From IMG/VR virus record IMGVR_UViG_3300045988_165705: DNA of 64,000 nt. One strand, given 5' to 3'. A program made the position numbers and the translations under genes. Numbering within the stretch: the first letter of the stretch is position 1; every line of letters begins with the position of its first letter. The notes under the pieces are model-generated. The model did no database searches. It was not told the DNA's origin and saw only the letters and a list, made by a program, of their open reading frames with translations. This document shows, piece by piece, positions 1-9,682 of the stretch. This DNA comes from a virus.

Positions 1-936
1 GGTGCTCCCATCTGACCAACGATAATCCGCAGTCGGAGTAAATGTGGCATTGTAATTACCAGCGTTCGTTCCTGATGTGGCGCCTCCGATGGTAGTCTTG
101 GTAGCACTGTAGTTGCTCCAAGTGGGAGACTGGCTGTTTCCGTTATAAGTCAGCGTGCCGCTTTGTGAAGGAACCGTAGCAATGGTAATACGATTCGCCT
201 TACCCGTGGTTCGCTGAGAGGTGGATGTGTTGATACCGCCGTCCGTAGTCTCGGGATAGAAACTGATGTAGTATGTCGTTCCGTTTGTCAACCCTGTAAT
301 GGACAAAGGCGTGGAAGCGTACTGGTTGCGGGTGGTGACCTTCAGTGTATATGCTGCGTCTTCATCATCCTTGCTCGTTGCATAACTGCCAGCCTTTACC
401 ACGATGGTAGTACTCGCCCAGGTAGCCAGTGTAACGCCATCGGATGTGATAGTTGCTGCGGGGTCAGTCCACTTAACGGTCATCTTCCCATTACCGGCCT
501 CTTGGGATGCTGTCATACCGGTTACATTCCAGCTTGAAATACCTGTGACTTGAACAGTGGGAGTTGCATTAAATACATTCTCTTCGCTGTCCGTGTAAGC
601 ACCGGCTGTAGTGTAGGGGAAAAACTTATAGTAATAGGTCACGCCGTTGGAAAGACCGCTGTCGCAAAAATACGAAGTCTTGTAGGCATCTCGTGTTTTG
701 CTGTCCAGCACGACCGTGCCGTCCCGGCGGCTCTTGGGGGCAGAGCCAGCCTTACGAACAAGCTGAGTGCCGCCCCATGCTGCAAGTGCAGCGCCTGACA
801 CCACAATGTCAGAGGGGTCAGTCCACTTTACATATGTCTTGCCGGAAGCAACAAGCACATTGATATCGGAAACTGCACCAAGCGTCAAGCCACCGCCGGA
901 GCCAGTTCCGCCCGGGAAGTTGGAAATAATAGGCAT
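1..936 (-). CDS. Tail-fibre/receptor-binding-like protein with FN3-like repeats (C-terminus lies beyond the window edge)
   Basis: ATG at 934-936 is preceded by AAAGGAGG on the minus strand. The frame stays open to position 1, so it is absent from the ORF track (no stop in the window). N-terminus is MPIISNFPGGTGSGGG. Two repeats carry KWTDP...TYY(Y/I)..F(F/Y)P, as in fibronectin-III-like modules. Confidence 0.6.
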   Translation of the reverse strand, partial: MPIISNFPGGTGSGGGLTLGAVSDINVLVASGKTYVKWTDPSDIVVSGAALAAWGGTQLVRKAGSAPKSRRDGTVVLDSKTRDAYKTSYFCDSGLSNGVTYYYKFFPYTTAGAYTDSEENVFNATPTVQVTGISSWNVTGMTASQEAGNGKMTVKWTDPAATITSDGVTLATWASTTIVVKAGSYATSKDDEDAAYTLKVTTRNQYASTPLSITGLTNGTTYYISFYPETTDGGINTSTSQRTTGKANRITIATVPSQSGTLTYNGNSQSPTWSNYSATKTTIGGATSGTNAGNYNATFTPTADYRWSDGST

Positions 937-951
937 ATAAATTGACCTCCT

Positions 952-1353
952 TTAGCCCAATAAGATAATGAGAACGGGAATATCACACGACGGCGTTTCC
1001 CCGTCAGAAGCAATCGTCAAAAAGCCGTCACCCTGGTTGCTGATATAAAGCCCAGCCGCACGGACGGTTTCAATCTGCAGCCCGGTAAGATTCTGCGCCG
1101 TACCGATTACGCCGTTTTGCTCGGGCGTCAATCCATCAATGGTAATGGTCTGGGTAGACACCGCACCATCCGTGTTCCACTGATTTGCAAGAAGCGTTGC
1201 CGTAATCGCACGGCTGAGAGCCGCCTTCTCGGCAAGGGCATTATCGATTTTTACCATGTTGGAATTATCGCTGCCATTCATCTTCTGCCGCCAGTCAAGG
1301 AAGCGGGTCGTACTGTCGTCTTCGAGATAGAGGTTATAGTTTGTTGTGTTCAT
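952..1353 (-). CDS. Small fibre-associated protein, tandem paralogue of 1369..1833
   Basis: ORF with a GGAGG RBS. The C-terminal half aligns with the next gene (EQNGVIG..Q..T, then CDIPV(L/T)(I/V)ILL(G/S) at the extreme C-terminus). Confidence 0.6.
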   Translation of the reverse strand: MNTTNYNLYLEDDSTTRFLDWRQKMNGSDNSNMVKIDNALAEKAALSRAITATLLANQWNTDGAVSTQTITIDGLTPEQNGVIGTAQNLTGLQIETVRAAGLYISNQGDGFLTIASDGETPSCDIPVLIILLG

Positions 1354-1368
1354 AAAAGCCTCCTCTCA

Positions 1369-1833
1369 TCAAGACAGCAGAATCACAGTAACGGGAATGT
1401 CACATTCTGGCACTGTTCCTTTTGCCGCAACCGTAATGGAGCCCGCGCTTTGCGCACAGACATACAGGCAGGCATCCGCAGCAGCGGTGAACTGCTCGTC
1501 AGTAATGCTCTGCGAAATACCAATCACACCATTCTGCTCTGTGCCAAGACCAGCAACGGCCAGTGTCTGCTGTTTGTTTGACCAATTGCTTGCTGTCAAT
1601 GTCGTATTGATAAATACGCTTGCGTCACACTTCCCTGCAAGCGCATTGTAGATGTCTTCATCATCAAACGGGAGTTGTGAGTAGGTCTTTGTCCCATCGC
1701 CAATCTTCCTGCGAACGCTACCGCTGGCCGTATCAACAATGATGATTTCCCCATCCAGAATGACAGGGTTGCTGTTCGTCCAGTTTGCGCTCGTATCTCG
1801 TTTGAGTCTGATTCGTGTGTTAAATTCAGCCAT
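1369..1833 (-). CDS. Tail-fibre-like protein with Mtd_N-type N-terminal motif
   Basis: N-terminus FNTRIRLKRDTSANWTNSNPVILDGEIIIV...KIGDGTKTYSQLPF matches the conserved N-terminal domain of phage fibre/tropism proteins. The C-terminus is paralogous to 952..1353. Confidence 0.65.
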   Translation of the reverse strand: MAEFNTRIRLKRDTSANWTNSNPVILDGEIIIVDTASGSVRRKIGDGTKTYSQLPFDDEDIYNALAGKCDASVFINTTLTASNWSNKQQTLAVAGLGTEQNGVIGISQSITDEQFTAAADACLYVCAQSAGSITVAAKGTVPECDIPVTVILLS

Positions 1834-1907
1834 ATAGGTAGCCTCCTTTTAAGCAAAATCCCCGCCGTGCATGACACACGACGGGGTTGCTCTTATTTTA
1901 TCGGGTC

Positions 1908-3374
1908 TCAGATGTTCAAAGTGGCGCTGCCGCAGTTGAAGATGATATAACCGGAGGCCTGCTTCAACTCGGTAATGTCATGCTCATGGTTGCCAGCGGC
2001 CTTGCTGTCCCAGTCAGAAACCTTTGCAGCAGTGATGCCATCGAGAACGGTTTTATTGGCGTGTTCGTGCTGCTTCTCAACAGCACCATCCCACGCATCG
2101 ACCTTCGCCTGAGAGATACCGTCGAGGATGGTCTTGTTGGAATGCTCATGCTGCTTCTCGACAGCGCCATCCCACTTGGCCTTGTCGCCGGTGGCAATCT
2201 TGTCCAGTTCGGTCTTATTCGTATGGGTGTGCGCCTTGCCAATGGCGGTCTGCACATCAGCGTGAAGCTGAGACAGAGTCACGGAGCCTTCTGTCAGAGT
2301 AGCGGTCACCTTATGGTCAGCGCTGACATCAATCACAATCTGGTCGCCCACTTTGGAACCAGAAGTGACATACTCAATCAGGCTGTCAACATTGATGTAG
2401 ATGTCATCCTCGGTCGCATTGGCAAGAACCAGATGCAGGTAGGTGCCAGCCTCGCCCCATGCGCCAGCCGCATCCTTGGTCTCCACAGTGCCGGACTTCA
2501 CGACCATATCCTTCGGAATGTCGATGTTTACATCCAGACTGGTTGCAGTCTGCTTGATGTTGTAACGCTTTGCGACGCCTTCGGGTGTGGAAGCAGTCAC
2601 AGTCACGGTGTAGTCGGTCTGCGCAGGAATAGCACCGACCTTCTCATCCACATAGCCCACAACGGTAGTGGCAGTCGCACCGGCGGGCAGAGAACCAACC
2701 AGTTCTTCCAGTGCATCCACATCTGCCTGAGCGTCCGTACCGGCCTTCTTGGCCGCAGCAATGGCATCGTCCTTACCGTCGGCATAGGTCTTGGCAGACT
2801 GCAGCGCCGTACTCGCCGTACCGGCAGCATCGAAAGCGCCCTCATCCTTATAAGCAGCGGTGCCCAGACCATGCACCTTCACATCGGCACCGTTGAACTT
2901 AACAGTACCGTTAGCGCCACCCTCAACCAGCGTGTAAACAGTCTCATCGGGGATGGTGATAGTGCTCGCCAGAGACCATGTAGCGCTGCCCTTTGCCTGA
3001 GAATACAGGTGGAATTTGCGGGCATTGTCCGCATCGACCTCCAGCTTGTACTGGGTGTCAGTGTCCTGAATCTCGCCGGAGATGTAGTCAGACAAGCCGG
3101 TAATCTCATTGGCGGAATAAGTCGGCTTATTCTCAGCCTTTGCCCAGTCGTACACATCGGCAGCCAGACCGGCGGCGAACTGCAGCTGGCTGAACTTAGA
3201 GGAACCGTCACCAGCCTTAAACAGGATGGCAGGCTCCTTTGCCACAGCGCCGGTAGCAGCAGGTACGACGACAACCGCAAGCTCACCTGCCAGCAACACA
3301 GGGTCTTTTTCGACCCAGTTGGCATAGGTATCATACTTCAGGGAAATACGAGTATTGAAAGTAGTTGTAGCCAT
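1908..3374 (-). CDS. Tail fibre protein
   Basis: Same N-terminal motif (FNTRISLKYDTYANW...LAGELAVV...KAGDGSSKFSQLQF). The C-terminus has three approximately 28-aa repeats (H.H.NK..LD.I....W). Start moved to the ATG at 3374, which has better spacing from the RBS than 3383. Confidence 0.7.
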   Translation of the reverse strand: MATTTFNTRISLKYDTYANWVEKDPVLLAGELAVVVVPAATGAVAKEPAILFKAGDGSSKFSQLQFAAGLAADVYDWAKAENKPTYSANEITGLSDYISGEIQDTDTQYKLEVDADNARKFHLYSQAKGSATWSLASTITIPDETVYTLVEGGANGTVKFNGADVKVHGLGTAAYKDEGAFDAAGTASTALQSAKTYADGKDDAIAAAKKAGTDAQADVDALEELVGSLPAGATATTVVGYVDEKVGAIPAQTDYTVTVTASTPEGVAKRYNIKQTATSLDVNIDIPKDMVVKSGTVETKDAAGAWGEAGTYLHLVLANATEDDIYINVDSLIEYVTSGSKVGDQIVIDVSADHKVTATLTEGSVTLSQLHADVQTAIGKAHTHTNKTELDKIATGDKAKWDGAVEKQHEHSNKTILDGISQAKVDAWDGAVEKQHEHANKTVLDGITAAKVSDWDSKAAGNHEHDITELKQASGYIIFNCGSATLNI

Positions 3375-3451
3375 ATATATCATTCACCCTTCTTTATTGT
3401 TTTAGAGATAGGGCGGGAGCGTATAACTCCCGCCCTTAACGATGTGCTTGA

Positions 3452-4747
3452 TTACACAGAAGCGTTGCCGCCGTCGAGAATCAGTGTATCGCCCTCGGAC
3501 TGCACCAGCTTACTCATGTTCAAGCTGTTGACCTCCATGCTGCCATCTTCCGCAACAGCGACCTTATTCTCCTCAGCGGAGCTGGTAACAACGCCTGCAG
3601 TCGCACCTGCGACCGGGATGTTGACAGCCTTTTCAGAAATGTCCAGAGCAGCACCGTTCAGCTTGACGATTTCAATCAGGTTCTGGTTTGCACCAGCCTC
3701 CACACCGTCGAGCTTGGCCTTCGCTTCATCGGTGAAGTCATTGGTGCTCAGCCCCTTGCCCTCGACCTTATCGACCTTGCCCGCCAGCGCATCCGGCAGA
3801 CCGGTGACCTTGCTCTGCGCAATGGCTTCGAGAGTAAGCTTGCCCTCCTGAGAAACGGCGAACTCGTCAGAAACACTCTTGACGAAATTCGCTTCTGCGT
3901 CATCAGGGAGAGCAACCAGCTTCTCTTTCAGCGCAGTCGTGAAGTCCTCAGTGGAAAGACCCTTGCTATCCACCTTGTCAACCTTGTTGGCAATGGCAGT
4001 GGCAATCGCCTCGTTCATCTGCTCGGTGGTGGAGTAGTCATCAAGATTGACGCTCACATCGTCCAGACGAACGACTTCATTTTCCACTTTGGCATAGATG
4101 TCATAGAAGCCGGTGTCAGCGTTCATCACAAGATAGAGAACATTATCCTGCGCTTCAGCCGCTGTGGGAACAGCACTGACTTTCTTGAAACTGGCGTGGC
4201 CGGTAGCGGCGATGGCCGTCTGGATTGCCTCTGCGATTGCGGTGGCGGTCATAGCGTCCGTGATGCCGTAACCTTCCAGCGTGGTGGCCTTGTCGGCCTT
4301 ACCGGTCTGAAGATTCTGAATGTCCTGCGTATGGCCTGCAACCGTGTCAGCCAACCCGGAAACGGTGCTGGTGTCAGGCGTGTACCATTCCAGCGCAGTG
4401 CCTGCCGCATTGATGCGGGGCTGCTGACCGGCTGTAGCAGAGTTGAAACCCTTCAGCGTGACCTTGCCATCAACAATTTCGATGGACTTGTCATCGCCCA
4501 GCACAACGGTACCGACAGCTTTCAGCGTCTTATCCGGTTGGATGATATACAGGTCTGCGGCGGAATCTGTCACAACGCAGACATTCTCACCATAAAAATA
4601 AACGCCGTCCGAACTGCCGACTTCAACAGCGGCAGCGGCGGCAGCCTGAGCAGCACTCAGGGTAGAGAAGTAATACCGTGCGTCCAGAGGGAACGCAGTC
4701 TGCGGATTAAATGAAACCGCAAAATTCAGTTTACCGAAATCAGCCAT
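3452..4747 (-). CDS. Tail fibre protein (KVDKV.GKGLST(N/E)DFT repeats)
   Basis: GGAGGTGA RBS. The repeated GLSTNDFT/GLSTEDFT motif is typical of phage fibre shafts. Ala/Thr-rich coiled segments. Confidence 0.7.
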   Translation of the reverse strand: MADFGKLNFAVSFNPQTAFPLDARYYFSTLSAAQAAAAAAVEVGSSDGVYFYGENVCVVTDSAADLYIIQPDKTLKAVGTVVLGDDKSIEIVDGKVTLKGFNSATAGQQPRINAAGTALEWYTPDTSTVSGLADTVAGHTQDIQNLQTGKADKATTLEGYGITDAMTATAIAEAIQTAIAATGHASFKKVSAVPTAAEAQDNVLYLVMNADTGFYDIYAKVENEVVRLDDVSVNLDDYSTTEQMNEAIATAIANKVDKVDSKGLSTEDFTTALKEKLVALPDDAEANFVKSVSDEFAVSQEGKLTLEAIAQSKVTGLPDALAGKVDKVEGKGLSTNDFTDEAKAKLDGVEAGANQNLIEIVKLNGAALDISEKAVNIPVAGATAGVVTSSAEENKVAVAEDGSMEVNSLNMSKLVQSEGDTLILDGGNASV

Positions 4748-4764
4748 TATGCGTCACCTCCATG

Positions 4765-5997
4765 TTAAATTGTGACCTTGTAGGTGTTGGCGGTATCATT
4801 GGCGTTTGCCATATCCATCACATACACCTTGTAGTCAATCGCCTGATAGCCATTCGCACCCTCGACAGAGACAACGCTCTTGGTGAAAGCGGTCTTGACT
4901 TCGGCATTCATGCCGTTCACATCCTGCACAGAGCTGACATCACGCAGCGTGGCGGGATAAGCAAACACAACGCGGATTGCACCGACAGGAATCGCAAGGT
5001 TGAAGCTGTTGCCAGCCGCCAGAGCCTTACCGCTCTTGCCGCTCAGACCACGAACCAGCGCGGAGTTCACCTCACCGTCCTTCGCCTCCAGCGTACCGTA
5101 GAAGCTATTGCGATAACCGGTGATTTTGCCCGTTGCCTTGCTCTTGTTACCGGCGGCAATCTTACCGGCTGCATACGCATTACCGAGGTTCGTCACAGGA
5201 ACAGCGCCCTCACCGTGAGTCGCCGTAGCGGTAATCGCATAGCTGGTAGCATCGCCAACCGTCAGCTCATCGAAGGAACCGGATGCAGTATCCTTGGTGG
5301 CAGTGCCATCCGTTACGCTCCATGCGGTAGCAGTGATGCCGGTCTCGGGGCCGTATGTATAGCTGCCTGCACTCAGAGAAGCGGTATATGCGGGAGTTAC
5401 TTTGGAACCGACCTCATACGCAGCAATCTGCTTGCAGGTAATCGTCACAGCAGGCTGGGTAGCGGTAGGGTTCTTTTCCTTCGCCAGAATAGAAGCCAGC
5501 ACATCCTTGACATTCTTACCGGAGGCGGCAATCGTACCAGAGCCGGAGCTGGGTACGGTCAGAACACCGATAGCTGCGGTGTAGGTCAGGTCGTCGGCGA
5601 AGTACACATTTTCTGCGCTATAGTTGCCGTCCATAGCAGCCCACACGCTGCCATCATAGACATAGGCAGTATAGGAATACTTACCACCGGCAATCAGTGC
5701 CTTGACGACAAAGATATCGTCCTTCTGCGCCTCGGCGCCAGCGGCTGTCAACACACGACTGATAACATCGGTATCACTCTCGCCGTCGCCCTTTACGCCC
5801 TCATAATGTGCGGCCTGTCCGCCGCTGATTTCCTTCAGATTCTCATAGCTGGTGACGCCGTCGCCAATCTTGAGCGTGCCCAGTTCCAGGTCGAAACAGG
5901 GCTCGCCTGCGGCAGGCACAACATCTTTGTTGGTCAGCCAATTCGCCGTGGTGTCACGCCGAACCTGAATCTTGGTCTTCATTGTTTTGTTAGGCAT
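4765..5997 (-). CDS. Tail fibre / receptor-binding-like protein
   Basis: N-terminus KIQVRRDTTANWLTNKDVVPAAGEPCFDLELGTLKIGDGVTSYENL (same Mtd_N-like motif). GGAGGA RBS. Confidence 0.65.
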   Translation of the reverse strand: MPNKTMKTKIQVRRDTTANWLTNKDVVPAAGEPCFDLELGTLKIGDGVTSYENLKEISGGQAAHYEGVKGDGESDTDVISRVLTAAGAEAQKDDIFVVKALIAGGKYSYTAYVYDGSVWAAMDGNYSAENVYFADDLTYTAAIGVLTVPSSGSGTIAASGKNVKDVLASILAKEKNPTATQPAVTITCKQIAAYEVGSKVTPAYTASLSAGSYTYGPETGITATAWSVTDGTATKDTASGSFDELTVGDATSYAITATATHGEGAVPVTNLGNAYAAGKIAAGNKSKATGKITGYRNSFYGTLEAKDGEVNSALVRGLSGKSGKALAAGNSFNLAIPVGAIRVVFAYPATLRDVSSVQDVNGMNAEVKTAFTKSVVSVEGANGYQAIDYKVYVMDMANANDTANTYKVTI

Positions 5998-6032
5998 AAC
6001 TATCCTCCTTCAAATTATTTTGCAGAATGGTC

Positions 6033-6395
6033 TTATTCAGTACCCTGTGCCGTTCCGCCGTCGATGATTTTGATTTCCTCAATGCTTCCGCTGTCGGAAT
6101 CCACAGGGGTCAAAGCGCCGTCGCTCGTAACGATATAGGGAACCCAGTCAGAGCCGTTATGCACAGAAATGATATGTCCCACGCAGTCGTAAGTCTTTAC
6201 CCATGCCTGCGCCTCGCTAATGGTCTCGAACTGTTTACGCTCTGAGATGCGTTTCATCTTTCCGGCAGCGTCATAGAAATACAGTTCAGATTCCTCTGCG
6301 TCATTTGTGATAATCAAACTATCCTTTGGTATCACACCCGCAGCAATCGCATCAGTAATCTTTGACCGCTTGCCGTATGCAACTCTCACACCCAT
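6033..6395 (-). CDS. Hypothetical virion-module protein
   Basis: ORF with GGAGGTGA RBS, tightly packed in the tail-fibre/baseplate block. Confidence 0.6.
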   Translation of the reverse strand: MGVRVAYGKRSKITDAIAAGVIPKDSLIITNDAEESELYFYDAAGKMKRISERKQFETISEAQAWVKTYDCVGHIISVHNGSDWVPYIVTSDGALTPVDSDSGSIEEIKIIDGGTAQGTE

Positions 6396-6411
6396 CTCAT
6401 CTCACCTCCCA

Positions 6412-7071
6412 TTAGCCAAAATAAATGACCGCATCTGCATCTGCCGACGGGTCGCTGTCTTCCTCTCCGAAATGAATTGTCTCATCATCATTGACCATCT
6501 CGCTCATATCGATGGGGTCGCCGACCGGCTTGCCGTTAGAAGACATCTGCAAGACCTTCTTTTCGGAATCGTAAACAAGGTTGTCGCCCTTTTTCTCCAT
6601 TTCCACACGGATGGTCTCCACGCCGCTTTCTGTCGTTTCCGTCTGTTTCTGCAAGGCGTAGATAGCAGAAAGCTGATGGTCGCAGATATAGTCGTCCATG
6701 TTTTTGGAATCTTCCACATACAGCAGGCATTCACCGCTCTTGGCAATTGTCGGGTTAGAAGGAGTTCCGGAAAAAATCTGCAGCCATGTGCATACCTCGC
6801 CCGGATACTTGCTCAATCGGCAGGACACAGGAAAGACATACTGGTAATAGGTTTCTTTGTACTTTTCCTCCGTTCGTTCCAACCGAACAATATCAGCCAC
6901 ACCGTCCGCACGAATGTAGCTCAAATACGGAGTGGCAGTCAGCATATCCACTTCACCAACCTGCAGTGGAATCAGATAGGTGATTTTCTGATTCAGATTG
7001 TCACCCCGGTAAATCGGCTCATTCACTGTCATAACGAGATTCATACTCTCGTCCAGTTTGATATAAATCAC
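6412..7071 (-). CDS. Hypothetical virion-module protein
   Basis: GTG start 8 nt after GGAGG. Acidic C-terminus. Packed in the structural operon. Confidence 0.55.
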   Translation of the reverse strand: MIYIKLDESMNLVMTVNEPIYRGDNLNQKITYLIPLQVGEVDMLTATPYLSYIRADGVADIVRLERTEEKYKETYYQYVFPVSCRLSKYPGEVCTWLQIFSGTPSNPTIAKSGECLLYVEDSKNMDDYICDHQLSAIYALQKQTETTESGVETIRVEMEKKGDNLVYDSEKKVLQMSSNGKPVGDPIDMSEMVNDDETIHFGEEDSDPSADADAVIYFG

Positions 7072-7088
7072 TCATATCACCTCCATTG

Positions 7089-8015
7089 CTATAGAATGAC
7101 AAAGTCAACTTCGTCCAGCGTCATGTCGTCATACTCTGAAAGCTCGTCTGCATCCATTTCGGCAAGCAACCTATGACGCTTCAAAATAGTGCTTGCATTC
7201 ACGGTAAGGTAAACCGTACTTCCTTCTGTGCCAACAAACTGCCTAATGGACTCTGTAACATCCGCCAGAATACGAAGGTTGTTTTCTGCGATTTCGTATT
7301 TCTGCATATGCTCACCGGACACTTTTGCACCAAAGGCCATACCGCCATACGCTCGGCCAAAGGAGAAGTGCAGCTCTGTACCAAGAACAAGGGCGGCGAT
7401 TTCCATGGCCGTACTGGCTGCGCTCGTTATACGGTAGCAAAGGTTTACCATTTTTGCTCCCAGTACCATCGGCGCATCCACCTTGAGGTAATCAACTGCC
7501 TGCGTTCCAGATACAGCCGCATCCAGTATGACACGGTCTCTTGGGGACATCAGTCCCCATTTCAAAGTGTCACGAACACCGCCGTCAAACGCAATGGTGG
7601 TCTGTCCATAGCCAAGAGACTTGGCAATATTCGCAAGAAGCGGAGCCGCATTCAAAACCATGCGGCTTTCCGCCTCTGCGAACATCGTTTCCAAAGCAGG
7701 AATATCTTCAACGGCCAGTTCCACAACACTGGATTCCGGGTTCATAGTGTAGAGCGTTTGAAACGCTGCGCTGGCATCGATTGTCGTGCCCCAGTTCAGT
7801 CTCTCATAGCAGGTCTTAATCATCTTGTCGATGTGTGAGACCAACTCAGAGCCAAGCTGCATTGCTACAAACTTTTGTAAGGTATAGCTTTCAAGGCAGC
7901 TTTCCAGAATAATACGGTTGGTAGCCGTGAGACCGTCACGATATGGAAGGGAGTAGACGATAAGGTCACATTCTGTGATGCGCCTTTTCAGATAAATATC
8001 AAACTCCTTTGCCAT
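7089..8015 (-). CDS. Hypothetical virion-module protein
   Basis: 308-aa ORF with an AAGGAG RBS. The opposite-strand ORFs here are compositional shadows. Confidence 0.6.
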   Translation of the reverse strand: MAKEFDIYLKRRITECDLIVYSLPYRDGLTATNRIILESCLESYTLQKFVAMQLGSELVSHIDKMIKTCYERLNWGTTIDASAAFQTLYTMNPESSVVELAVEDIPALETMFAEAESRMVLNAAPLLANIAKSLGYGQTTIAFDGGVRDTLKWGLMSPRDRVILDAAVSGTQAVDYLKVDAPMVLGAKMVNLCYRITSAASTAMEIAALVLGTELHFSFGRAYGGMAFGAKVSGEHMQKYEIAENNLRILADVTESIRQFVGTEGSTVYLTVNASTILKRHRLLAEMDADELSEYDDMTLDEVDFVIL

Positions 8016-8032
8016 ATTGCATCAGCTCCTTG

Positions 8033-8440
8033 TTACGCAGGATTCTGGGCAGACAGGCTCAAATATCCTTCCTTAATGGTCATGATAGTCGCTGCCTCAA
8101 CGCTTCTGGGCGTAGACAACACGCCGTACATCAGAAGGTTGCCGCTGCCGACAGTGTCGGAATCGTAGATTACGAAATGAGTAATAGTGCCCCAGCCTGC
8201 AGTACTCTCGTTGAAGTTGATTGCCTGCTTGTTGGTCACAACACCAGATGCAGGTTCGCTCAGAGTAGTCAGCTGCACTCTGGCATAACCGGCAGAGGTA
8301 GAAGGCTCATTCACATTTGTGCCGTTGACATTAGGCGCAGAAGTGCTCAGGCCAATGTAGTAGTTACCGGGAATCTCAGGGGTCGTTTTGGTTCCGAAAA
8401 GATTGCCCGCTGCCAGGTTTAAGAAGTAAGTTGTATTCAT
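8033..8440 (-). CDS. Hypothetical tail-associated protein
   Basis: AGGAGGA RBS. 135-aa beta-rich sequence in the baseplate/fibre block. Confidence 0.6.
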   Translation of the reverse strand: MNTTYFLNLAAGNLFGTKTTPEIPGNYYIGLSTSAPNVNGTNVNEPSTSAGYARVQLTTLSEPASGVVTNKQAINFNESTAGWGTITHFVIYDSDTVGSGNLLMYGVLSTPRSVEAATIMTIKEGYLSLSAQNPA

Positions 8441-8478
8441 AACTGGTTATCCTCCTGTTTTCTGATTAAGAACAAAGA

Positions 8479-8862
8479 TTATTTTCGTGCAAAGTCCTTG
8501 TTGATATTGTTATGAATGTAGATAACGCCCTGCTGGGGAATATCCACATTGTTGTCAATATCCTTAATCGTGATTTGGTACACAAACTTTCCAAACAAAT
8601 CAACGGTGTCATCCGGTTCAAGTGATACGAACAGGATATTGTAAAAGGTCTCCGCCTCGTCCATACGGACGGTCATAGTCTTTGAGACCACGGGCGCACC
8701 GTTCTTGTTCACAAAGTTGACAATAGAAAAGTTTGCCGTACAGCCCGTCAATCCAAACGGCTTCGGATTGGTCTTACCATAATACACATGAAACACCAAG
8801 TCCTCAGAAGAGCCGCCGACAAAGTCAAGCTCCGGCAAACTGTAAACATTGTTAATCATCAT
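8479..8862 (-). CDS. Hypothetical baseplate-region protein
   Basis: ORF whose start overlaps the stop of the upstream gene at 8862, suggesting translational coupling. Confidence 0.55.
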   Translation of the reverse strand: MMINNVYSLPELDFVGGSSEDLVFHVYYGKTNPKPFGLTGCTANFSIVNFVNKNGAPVVSKTMTVRMDEAETFYNILFVSLEPDDTVDLFGKFVYQITIKDIDNNVDIPQQGVIYIHNNINKDFARK

Positions 8863-9665
8863 TACCCTCCAATGTTCACAGGGAACTCACAAATGAATTT
8901 CACCTCGGCATTTCCGGTTATCTTCAACAGGTTATCGCCCTTGACGAGCCGCATGAACTTCATGTTGAAGTATGGATACAGGTTCAAATCCAAGCTGTTT
9001 GTGATGACCTGATTTTTGTTGTCTACATATATGGTCAAAGAGCGGCCTCCCGGCAGCCCTTTGAATTGAAATGTTCGGTTGTTGTCCGAGAGATTCTGGA
9101 TGGAGATGTTGTCTCCACCATACATGGTTATCTCCAGCTTCGGCCTATAGAAGCCGTTGTAGCTGCTCCGGTTAAACAGGCGAACCTGTGACTGACCGCT
9201 GACCGCATAGGTGTACTCGTCCGGTAGAGTATAGGCGAACGGAGAATCGCAGCTTACCTTGCATGAAAAAGCCCACGGCAAATCGCCGTAGGTTATCAGC
9301 TTCAGTTCTGAAATTGTACACTTATACCGAAACGGTTCCATATCATCCTGCACAATCACAAGCCATTTTCTTGTACTGTGCCCAGTGAGCCATGCGGCAA
9401 TCACCTCGACTTCAAACCTGTCCAGATTTGCGTTTGCATCAAGAGACTCCATGTTCGCCCCGAAAACCAGCGTATATTCCAACGACTGATTCTGCACTAA
9501 CCCATAGGTAAGCGCATCGTATCTTCCCGGAATCCTATCCTCAACGACTTCTCCGTTCTGGAAATTCACATCGTCCTGTCCGCTTGAACCGAAGTGGTAA
9601 ACCATGAGTCCGAACTCGGAGCAGGGAATATCATCAAAAATGAACTCGGTTCCCCAAAACGCCAT
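8862..9665 (-). CDS. Putative distal-tail/baseplate protein
   Basis: N-terminus MAFWGTEFIFDDIPCSEFGLMVYHF...IPGRYDA resembles phage tail family (Dit-like) N-termini. However, it is not directly downstream of the tape measure. Confidence 0.5.
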   Translation of the reverse strand: MAFWGTEFIFDDIPCSEFGLMVYHFGSSGQDDVNFQNGEVVEDRIPGRYDALTYGLVQNQSLEYTLVFGANMESLDANANLDRFEVEVIAAWLTGHSTRKWLVIVQDDMEPFRYKCTISELKLITYGDLPWAFSCKVSCDSPFAYTLPDEYTYAVSGQSQVRLFNRSSYNGFYRPKLEITMYGGDNISIQNLSDNNRTFQFKGLPGGRSLTIYVDNKNQVITNSLDLNLYPYFNMKFMRLVKGDNLLKITGNAEVKFICEFPVNIGG

Positions 9666-9682
9666 AGTCCACCTCCTTGCGA

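Noticed and set aside
1887-3851. 654-aa plus-strand ORF, and similar long ORFs antisense to annotated genes. These are 4711..6138, 6307..7176, 22330..23205, 26541..27203, 27552..28673, 33160..34155, 34668..35489, 39577..40392, 42885..43697, 46415..47254(-), 48279..48947(-), 49356..50060(-), 51699..52580(-), 56421..58049(-), 57724..58746(-) and 60715..61635(-).
   Set aside because: They mirror better-supported genes on the other strand. They lack GGAGG-type RBSs. They have shadow-ORF composition (Leu/Gly/Val/Arg/Ser-rich and low complexity) and no recognisable motifs. The opposite-strand genes carry clear motifs and operon-style packing.
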